Shown: piece by piece, positions 54,626 through 64,000 of the stretch
Position numbering within the stretch: the stretch's first letter is position 1
Layout: each line of letters starts with the position of its first letter
From: Catajapyx aquilonaris
Lineage: Eukaryota
Length of the DNA stretch: 64,000 nucleotides
Assembly: GCA_000934665.2 (NCBI GenBank)
Contig: JYFJ02000239.1
Coordinates: forward strand, 62,001 to 126,000
Direction: 5' to 3'
The notes under the pieces: model-generated
Seen by the model: only the letters and a program-made list of their open reading frames with translations
What the model was told of the DNA's origin: nothing
Databases searched by the model: none
Position numbers and translations under genes: made by a program

Positions 54626-56005
54626 TACTGCGTAGGCTATACGCTATGAAGTGTGGGCAAGAGGATGTAAGGGAAGATAGGGCGCCGTATATCGTATGAC
54701 TCATTTATAATTTCAGATGAGGTTATTAAATTTTGAATATACAAGTAATATGACACAGTAGCAAGCTCACAAAGAAAAAAACTGACAAAGGATGAAATGC
54801 GCCACTGTCGCCATGGAAACGTTTGGCGAATTTGACAGGTGGGCAGATGGTTTCAGGTGGATTTTTTTTTTTGTTTGCAATACGACATATGCGGAAAAGG
54901 TGGCAGTTTAAGTACGGTACCTCTCACAAGTGATGCAAGTTGGGGGGCCAAACATGATTAAATGGGCCCAATTTGCAGAGGGGTGAGAGCAGCCCCAGTC
55001 ACATCCCGCAAAAGGTCACACACGGGTGATCACTGGTCCATGTGTAGGTGTTTATGTACCCACAGCCGATGATGCTGTGCACGGTCGATAAGCTGCAGCT
55101 CTCATTCTAGGTTAATGTTGAATGAATGTCCCCGGAAATCGACCAATCAAACTCTCCAATGTCCAATGCCAGAAATTGCGGGTCAAAAAGTGTCATTTGA
55201 AGGATATTCATGCTTCAAGAATTTATCGCGTGGTATGGCTCTTAGTAGACCTAGACCACCTGCTTACGTTTTCATGAAATTGACGATTCGCTAGGGATAT
55301 CGGGGGAAAAAACTAGCCTACCGACCGTGTATAATAGACACCAAGCACTGTACGGAACCATTTAGCACGTAAACGTCCTTGAGGAAGCCAGAAGTCGTTT
55401 ATTGTGCACTGTAAAGACAGACTGATAAATTATGCCAAGAGGCCACACGTGGCTTTCTGTACCAATCGTCAAAAAAAAAATAGTTTCCGTACACGTGTCA
55501 GGTACGTACATATACGGAAAAAATTGCATATTTTCCTGTTTGTTTTATCTCAATTCAAGCCACTAATTTTTGTAAATGGTAGTGTTCTAAGAATATTGTT
55601 CCTTATACTCGCAGAAAGTTGGCGTAACTGTAGTATTAATGGCATCAGTGCACAATAATTAGGTACAGACTCCAGTGCGTGCTTGATAAAACATACAGAG
55701 CCGCGACAAATATCATCATTGCGACAAGTAGGCATACTGAATTACTCCGCATCGAGCCGCACTGCAAATAACAATTACCCCTCCCACTTCACACAGCGCA
55801 AGCCAAATCCTCTAACTATACCCTTGCTGAAAGCCATGTACAAAGCCAGCCTTTAATGAGCATGGTCTTACTACTACAGTACTCTACAGTACGTGGCTAT
55901 ACCGCGATTCGGTGGAACTGGGCCACTAAGCCATGCTCCACTCCTACTGACACACTGACTACTATTATAGCACTGCGCATCCACAAAACAATAAGGTAGC
56001 CACCG

Positions 56006-56006
<1 letters not shown>

Positions 56007-56066
<60 letters not shown>
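56007..56066 (+). repeat. (AAT)20 microsatellite
   Basis: Uninterrupted AAT run of 60 bp. Confidence 0.97.
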
Positions 56067-56134
56067 TTGTGATCAGGCATAACCATTTGTTACTTAAAGA
56101 ATTGAACCCTTATAGTGGTTATACGTACTAATTA

Positions 56135-56203
56135 TATCGCTCAAAACGAGGGCGATTTTTGCATTGAAGCCAAATGCAAGTGTCTTCATCATTTTGAGCG
56201 ATA
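56135..56203. repeat. Imperfect palindrome or hairpin element
   Basis: tatcgctcaaaa ... ttttgagcgata (12-bp perfect ends) with an inner ttgcatt/aatgcaa pair. Confidence 0.65.
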
Positions 56204-59048
56204 AGTACCGTACGTGTTATTACACTACAAAATGTACACCTGATTACACGAATGGCTAATCCCTACAGAACAATGCAGGTGCTTGATGCATTACCGCTTT
56301 AATGAGCCTTAATAAGTCTTGCCACTCCATTCAGACAGTTCATACTGTTGACACTTCACAGCCCTTATTATACCAAATTCATGTATGTAAATTTTGACAT
56401 TACGATAAAAACCCCAGGTTACAATATTTGTAAAACGGACAGTTATAGTCAAGTTATTATCCCACCCACAGCGATAACCGAGTGCGATATGAAGGTAGGA
56501 AAGAAGCTGAGTTGTCATTACGAATTTGACACAAGTTACCTCGAAAATTATAGTGACATGCTTACAATATTTGAAACTATTTGACATAATAAATTCGGTA
56601 CCAGTCTTAAACCATAAAAATTCAGCGCACCTGCCTGTTTCATCCGGCAGCAGCCATGACCCCCACGGACCGTTGGGGTCTGGAGCCCTGACCTGCACTC
56701 ATGTCGCACCTTGACTGCACCTTTTTGCACCCTTCTCTCTTTCCACTAGCTCCAGTCCGGATGGCGCATGGACCAAAATATAAACCACGCCCACTTCTCC
56801 CCCACTCCGGATTAGTTATCCAGGTCTGCATTCTCCATTAGACTCTGGCTTTCCACACCGTTTCGGACCTCTCTTGGGGACGACCCTTATCAAATGGGTT
56901 ACGAATTACGGCTAATAATGCGGTGCAACCCCAACGGAATCTTTCTTTTTGCTGGGTAAAACCCTATCCTTTACTGCAGGTTTTCGCATTGCCTTTAGAG
57001 CGCGCAATGCGGCCTAGTTTGGGCCAGGGTGTAAGAGGTTGAGGGGGGTAGAGGCATCGATCCGGTGTTTTCCGGCAGATTAAGCAGGATAAGGACAGGG
57101 GTAGGTAGGTATGGGAAGGGCGGGGCTTTATCAAAAGGATGGGTAGCCATTTAGTCCAGTTTACCTAATCGGGGAGGCCCGGTTAGTCAGAGGAGACTAG
57201 TGACAGATGGACATGGTCCGACTCAAATTACGAAGAAAGTTCACTCAATGAAATACTCTAAAGAAAGAGTAACTCATTTGACAAAACTTAGCAACACTGC
57301 CTGGCTCGCCTCTCACTTGGACGTAGTACGATAAGCCACTACGAGGTGGCGCCTGCTTGCCGTTCTCCTTATTCTGGTTACATTTGAGAGGGAAACTAAT
57401 TCCATAGTCGAATTCTCATCGTGTTTCTCTTTCTTTTGATGTATATGTTGATTTGGTTTTGACCACTTCCACTAACCGGAAAAAAAATTATCAAAAAAAA
57501 AGCCTCCTTTTCAGCCTTTTCATATTTTCCCGCCCCATGGTATTGCGCAATATGGATGAAACTTGATATGCTGTGCTATGGCATACGGTGTGTACAGTTG
57601 TGATTTCTTTTCAGCAAAATCCGATGGCCGGTCTAGCAACATTTCTGCCCACTTGATTCGGAATTGCCTCTATATTTCCAGGATTTTGATTTTTTGATTG
57701 CCCCGAGGTCAAAAACAAATTTCAGACAAAATGAATGGTCATTATGAGTTACGTGTGACCTAATAAGGAACATGGAAACAACGATAAATTCCCATGGACA
57801 AAAATATCGTGTTGCATAGTGCAATCTAATAACTTCAATGGGATGGTCCGCCGATTTACCATGTAGCACTAATGTTCGCGCACAGATGGCGCACACTCCC
57901 TCTGCACACTTCTGCCACCCTCAGGTCGTGCGAGAGAGATAGCGTTACTATCACATCGGACAAATATCCGTCGGAGAGAATAAGTCTATTATAGAAATAT
58001 TTCATTTTTAAAACTGATATTGACACACCATCTGGCCGCTCACATTGTGAATTTCCATTACTCTGGATCCAGAGACACAGGATCGTAAGTTTCTTGAAAT
58101 CTCCGAGTTTACATCCAGCACCTCTGTTCCATTCCCAGCTCCAAGAGAAAGTGTGTGTGAAGTGCTGTTTGTCCATTCGATCAATGACAACGTTGAAAAG
58201 GTCGGGATTAGATTGGCTCAGGTGTAGCAAAGAGCAAGCTCTTCCCAAAGGCATTCAGGAGTCTGTGTTACTCGAACACTACTCTTTTCTGACATGTCTT
58301 ACCGTGTTGGCTTGCACAGGGGAGTAAGTTAACAATAATTCTTTCTGACAGTGGAACAGTTCGGGATATAACGCAGGGTGTTTCCGCAGGTAGGGGTGCA
58401 ATCGAGAAGAAAAGTATTAAATTTCTGGTATCGTGTCAGATGGCGAGAGGTGAGCTTTTAGTGGAGTTAGGAAAAGAGGTCAATATACAGGACAGCCTTT
58501 CGTGTGTTACAAACCGTGCAAGGAATGAATGGCAGGATGTACTGTGAAGATACCGCGAAATCTGTAAGGTCGAATTCTCGTGAAAGATTATGCACTGATG
58601 TCGTTTGGTTTTTACTGGTCATGGATTTATCTTAGAACCAGTTCATCATTGTTGCTGAAATCCTGAACAGGTGTAGTGTACATAAACTGTGATCAAAATG
58701 TGTATTATGAGTAGAGTCAGGATTTTGAGTCACTAAAAAACCCCGAAATGGGCAAGAAAACCCCCTGAAATAGGTACTTAATGAGACACGAAAAAACCTC
58801 AAATAGGCACAAAATTGTTACTTTTTCGGGAGTATATTTGATAATGTTACATAAAATAAAAAAAGCTATAATAATTTTATAGGCCTAAAGTATAAAATAT
58901 AAGGTCACAAACCAGAGCAAAACCCGAATAACAACGATAAACTGACAGGAAATCACGAAACTTGGGCAAATAAAGACCCAAAGTGCAAGCAAGTATCACT
59001 TGCTCTGGACTCTACCGCTTATAGCCAGTTTCCACTTGCACAATATGT

Positions 59049-59115
59049 TGCCAAATATTTTTCTAAATTTTCCTGTTTGGAACAATCAGAGGAAAATTTA
59101 GAAAAATATTTGGCA
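59049..59115. repeat. Perfect 26-bp inverted repeat with a 15-nt loop
   Basis: tgccaaatatttttctaaattttcct (59049-59074) and aggaaaatttagaaaaatatttggca (59090-59115). Confidence 0.9.
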
Positions 59116-61424
59116 TACGCATTATGGAAACATGATTCGTAGTATACAAGTATTACTTCAGAACGATTTTGGTCCTTTCATGAGCACAAAAAATACTCCA
59201 CAAAAAACAAACATCTCTCTGAAGGAATAGGTCCGTAATAGGCCCAAAAAGTCCCGAAAATGCTTCAAAAAGTTCAAAAACTATCCCCAAAAAGGCCAAA
59301 AGGCATGAAAAGTCGCGAAAAGTCAGAATAGGCAAAATAGTTCCCAAAACCACAAAATAGGCCATATTAGGTACTATAAAACCTACATATTCCACATCCT
59401 GCACCTATGAAACGGATAGATCTCTTCACAAAACCTCCCCAACTGCAAAGGAACTAAATAGGGAATTGACTAAAAATCACGACTCTAATTAATTATTATG
59501 AGTGGTAGTGGCTAGTGAGTGGTGCAGACTTCTGAAAAGGTTTCACAATAATTGGCTAACTATATTACGCAATAATGAGACAGGTTCAGACAGGTTACTA
59601 ATATTTTGTTTCAGTTATTACTTATTAGAAATGTGATTTTTGAATGCATCATGTGTCAGGATTCGCAAAGTGATTAGTGTTGCATATATAAACAAACTAT
59701 TTAAATATGCAGGCTTATGAATAAACATCATCATAAACCAATATAATACTCTTGTCTTGATTCATGTGAATTATTTCATATGTTTGAAGTAAGTTACATG
59801 TAAAAAGGTGGTACTTCAGAATACATTAGGCAATAACAGCAATTACAAACTGCGACTAGACTTGTGGGGATGCCACCAGTTAGGATACAAATATCAGATT
59901 GTTTACTGTTGTCCCAATAATAATATCCATTAAACATTTAAACCCGATATTTATTTGACCTGACATGATCATTATGGTTGACCCTGAAAAGTGCTCATTT
60001 TTCTGGTCCTGCTACCTTGGTATATACTCTCCACTTGACATTCAAGTTTTTGTCATTGGGTACCTCTCTTCCTATACTCTGGCACTGAGAAATATTGCCG
60101 TATGGTTGGTGAAATCAAGTAATCTCCTCCAAGCAGCAACACTATTTCCATTGTGGTTGATAACCATCCATGTACTGTCCATCACCTTCTGCCCTGCAGT
60201 AATGCTCTGAAAGCTTGTCACATGGCCAGCCATACTATTGAGAAGTGCTGCACTAGCTTTTATTGCTTCAGAACCTGTCATCCATTTGTCCATTTGATTT
60301 CACAACAAAATTAGGCACATAGAAGGAAAAAGCAATTTTTCAAGTCATTCATACACTCATTTCACAATATGGTTCCACATATTTGATCAAACAAAAACCA
60401 CAAAATTTCACATATTAATACATAAGCTATTGGAACCTCACAAACAATAGCAAAAGTAAATGAGATAATATGAATATCATAATTATGTGGAATGATGCAA
60501 TAAGGAAACTAATTTTACAAAAGAAATCTCGCCAATCAATCATGCCTTCTCTCATTTGTAAGCTACTGTATTTATCTACCAATTTCAGAGAACATTGTAG
60601 CATACACACATTTCTGAAAAAGGAGTGCACATGTGTAACAATGTTACTATGCAGAGAATGTACAGTGAAAAAAAAGGTTAAAATAAGTGCTCAAACTAAT
60701 AAGTTGGGTGAGAGATTTATTATGGAATGAAGTCTTCTCACAAATGAATACACCTCCTGCTAAAAAGAAAGACAAATATAAATTTTTAATAAGTGCATAA
60801 GTTGGAAATAAAAATACAGACTACACCATTTGCTTTTCAGAAGTCTGCAATGTACTAGCCAATATGGATATTAATGCACTGCTGCATTGTATTGTGATGT
60901 AACCGCTGTATATGGTACCCTCCAGACTAGCTTCTTCCCCACATCATAAAAATGGGTGGGTCTAGGACCTAGGTGTACACATAAGTGGTGTATCATACCA
61001 TATTTACTTTCTTATGAAGAGTTTTCATAAACCTTGTAAGACCATACAATAATTTAACGCAATTACTTGCCAGGTTGAAGGTCAATCAGATGGGGGGTCA
61101 TAGGAATTGTGCTACAATGGTTTTAAAAAACAAACTCGACAGTCCTTCATAAAGGCCATGTTCTTGAAAAATATTAATCTTAAGTTGCATATTCAATATG
61201 CAATGCAATGCAATGCATATGCAATTTCCTGATGGTATGAGCAGAGGAGTGAGAGCAAACCTTCAACGTCAAATATCACTGTATTGCTAATCCATTACTG
61301 TACCAGTATTCATAAATTACACTTTAGACTTGATTTAGAGAGAGTAACATCCCTAGGGGAAAAGAAATATTGCCAAATGGAGGAATTTTAAACTCACATT
61401 TGCATGATGATCATATGCGACTCA

Positions 61425-62371
61425 TCAGAGAGCGTCTTCTGATCGGATATACTCTCCAATGTCAGCCTGATGAAAGCAAATGATAGCCGTTGGGTCTGCG
61501 TGCCTGCAGTCTGCAGTACTTTTTGCAGCAACTCCAAATCCCTGTAAAAAAGATGCAATGAATTACCCTGGCTAATAAACCAAAACTGAACATTACCAGT
61601 GGCAGATCGTTCATGGAGTACACGATGACGCCTTGATACTTTGATGTGTTTTCAGTGATCCTGCCCAACCCTGCTTTGAGTACATGATGCCCATACAGAA
61701 ACTGCTGCTCCGCTGACGGTTTGAGCCAAATCTTGTACTACAGCGTGTACAAACAAATTGTCAAACACACGTTCATTCTCTCAGTAAGCACACCTATCAG
61801 TACCTGTGCATACGGGGCGAGGTAATTAAGGGCCGTGATGTGAAGCCGGAACTTCTTGGTCTTGGTGAATTTTCCAAAGCAAGTACCCAAGCTGATCAGG
61901 TTGTCATTGGCAATGTTAGCTCCTTGCCTCATGATGTCCTCCTTCACGTAGCAAATTCTCTCCTTGTGGAGCCGGAAGCAATACGTCCCATCCGGACGGT
62001 CTATTAGAAGCTTGATGTTCTCCCCAATGCTGCAAAAATATTAATGCTGTTAATAATATTCACTTCATTAGTCGTAACAAGGCACGATACATTTTAAGCT
62101 AATTTGTAATTGTTTCCGAAGCAATATCTGAAATAGCGTTGTAATGCTACAAGTAGTAGCATGAGGATGCATAATGATGTACATTTTTTTCTCTCTCTCG
62201 ATAATTTCAGTGCCGAACCAAACGACACACGTGGTCTATAAGTTAATGTCCGTCCACGTGTGCAATGCAAGATCGGACCATCAGCCTTGTTTTTAGCCCC
62301 GTCGACTTCACTTACTACTTGGACAGCTTCTCGAACAGGAGCTGCGTCTCCTCCTCAGTCAACGGCCTCAT
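61425..62371 (-). CDS. NIP7: 60S ribosome subunit biogenesis protein NIP7, 4 exons, 179 aa
   Basis: Exons 62371-62316, 62029-61804, 61737-61597, 61541-61425 (540 nt, GT-AG). Protein [41 protein letters not shown]...[17 protein letters not shown]...GFGVAAKST...[15 protein letters not shown] is typical NIP7. Confidence 0.97.
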
Positions 62372-62731
62372 TTTATGGCTCAGATGAACAAACTGGAGGC
62401 AAAGAAAATGAAGAAAATGCAGTCAATCACACCAAGACGGCAGCCATTGCACGCAAAATCAAGGTTACCAGATGCGCACTCACCTTGCAACATTACCCCA
62501 TAATTTTAAACTTAATTATGTCTGTAATATCTATAATAAAATGTGGAAACAATTTTAAATTATTTTAATGTTAATTCTAATGGATTTTTGGTCCGCGGTT
62601 CACGTTCCTTCTGTTGATTCATTGTGTGAAGGAACGGACCGGTCCGTTTCATCAGTTCCATTTTTAAGACAAGGAACGGCATGGCTGACTTCACATTGAA
62701 ATAAATTTCTCTTGAAATACTTCTGCTCGAA
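62372..62731. promoter_or_regulatory. Bidirectional promoter between NIP7 and ELP5
   Basis: Divergent start codons 360 bp apart. Contains a 16-bp palindrome (62633-62648) and three AAGGAACG motifs. Confidence 0.75.
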
Positions 62732-63656
62732 ATGAATCGGAACCGTTCAAAAGTGACTCTTTTAGCAGACATTGTGACTGGAGTCAAGCCTGCACAGCTA
62801 GTGCTCATTGTTGGTAAGTGTTTGCTGTCTTGTAGCCAGCTTATGACCTAATGATGTGAACTTTTCAGACAGCTTGGATTGTCCGGCACGCAGACTTTTG
62901 AAGGCATTTGTCAAGTACGCTCTGGGTGATGGCCAGGTACATGTCATGTGCTGCGGGAGGCCACCGGGTGAATGGGAAGATGCATTTGCAGGGTCCAATG
63001 TTGTCACCCATGATGCTTGGAGCGATCAACGTGGATGGAGCCAAGACGGCGAATGTATACGAGACGATGCCTGCTTGCACGACTATCTCAAAGCCAAGTG
63101 GACACCCGGGTCGACCATTGTGATTGATTCGCTGTCCACGTTTTTGCTGGCACAAGGCGTCACTGGTGTTGTGCGGAATCTTCACTCGCTGATGGGATTG
63201 GAAGGCCTGAAGAGGGTTGTGTGTGTTCTGCATGGTGATGGCCATTCGGAGGAGACCGTGGCCATGTTGCGTCACATTGCCAGCGCATCATTGGTACTGA
63301 AATGTGGTAGTGCAGATCCAAAATGCCATACTACGTACAAGGCTGCAAGTGGGGCAGTTAAAACGTCGGTGGATAACTTTACGGTGTCTGATTCGTATGA
63401 ATTGACTGTAACGCCTGTTACCGTGGCACACAAGCTAAAAGTGGAGGTACAACCAGAGGATCCAATGGCGTCGATCACTACGTTTAAGCTGACTTTGGGC
63501 GAGCGAGAGATGGAGGCACGGAAGAACCTTGTGCTTCCATATATTAAAGTGGGTGAGCAGTCAGGGAGTCAGCAGTCAGAGGCAAAGATTTATTATCAGC
63601 CAGATGATGCAGATGATTTTGACGAGGATGATCCTGATGATGACTTAGACCTGTGA
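62732..63656 (+). CDS. ELP5: Elongator complex protein 5, 2 exons, 289 aa
   Basis: Exon 1 62732-62813 (G|gtaagt), exon 2 62869-63656 (ttttcag|AC). RecA-like IVIDSLS and VCVLHGD segments, plus the ELP5-type C-terminus TTFKLTLGEREMEARKNLVLPY...IYYQPDDADDFDEDDPDDDLDL. AATAAA at 63704-63709. Confidence 0.93.
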
Positions 63657-63740
63657 TGTTTGTATCAAAGTGTAATTATTACGAGAAAGTGGCGTCCGAT
63701 AATAATAAAACAAGTTCATCACACGAGACCACTGTATATC

Positions 63741-63893
63741 TTATTCCTCCTCATTTTCCAAGTTGATGTTTGAACCAAACCTTCCATACAGCATAACCTT
63801 TAGCTCCGACATGTTTTCCTTCACCTTTGCTATCTTCTTCTCCAGCTCAAGTATGTCCTTGTTCATCTTCTCGGTCATATTCTCCACTGTTTT
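63741..63893 (-). CDS. PFDN4: Prefoldin subunit 4, last coding exon (gene continues beyond the window)
   Basis: Acceptor tgtctttcag| then KTVENMTEKMNKDILELEKKIAKVKENMSELKVMLYGRFGSNINLENEEE-stop. The LKxxLYxxFGSNINLE terminus is characteristic of PFDN4. Not in the ORF track. Confidence 0.9.
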   Translation of the reverse strand, partial: KTVENMTEKMNKDILELEKKIAKVKENMSELKVMLYGRFGSNINLENEEE

Positions 63894-64000
63894 CTGAAAG
63901 ACATAAAAGAGGAAGGTTCACATGTGCTACTATACAAAATGCAAAGGTCTCTCCAACAGTCAATGGAAACTCTCAAGCGAGTTACATTTGACGCAATCAA

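Noticed and set aside
55874..56086. Poly-Leu signal-peptide-like ORF
   Set aside because: Translation of the (AAT)20 microsatellite.
1..64000. CRISPR arrays, operons, rRNA or tRNA genes, intact transposase or reverse transcriptase, U12-type introns
   Set aside because: No repeat-spacer arrays, cloverleafs or long TE ORFs were seen by eye, and all modelled introns are GT-AG without the U12 donor motif. A covariance-model scan could still find small RNAs I missed.

Overview
Eukaryotic genomic DNA, probably from an invertebrate (arthropod-like), with short GT-AG introns. Five protein-coding genes can be rebuilt by hand with consistent splice phases. (1) A 13-exon CFAP74-like ciliary central-apparatus gene (+, 11100-17387, about 1556 aa). 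(2) A convergent anoctamin/TMEM16 gene of ANO7 type (-, core CDS 41926-20068, 17 exons, about 1064 aa; probable 5' exons out to about 54 kb). (3) NIP7 (-, 62371-61425). (4) ELP5 (+, 62732-63656), head-to-head with NIP7. (5) The last exon of PFDN4 (-, 63893-63741). The first 10.7 kb probably holds the 5' part of another minus-strand gene that I cannot identify. Introns and intergenic DNA contain small inverted-repeat (MITE-like) elements and an (AAT)20 microsatellite. I saw no prokaryotic systems, CRISPR arrays, rRNA or convincing tRNA. The most interesting signals are predicted splicing features of the anoctamin: a microexon cluster after TM6 that includes an in-register duplicate of the upstream exon end, several alternative C-termini, and a switchable Cys-rich N-terminus. 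All are sequence-only predictions that need RNA evidence. Family assignments come from remembered motifs, not database searches.
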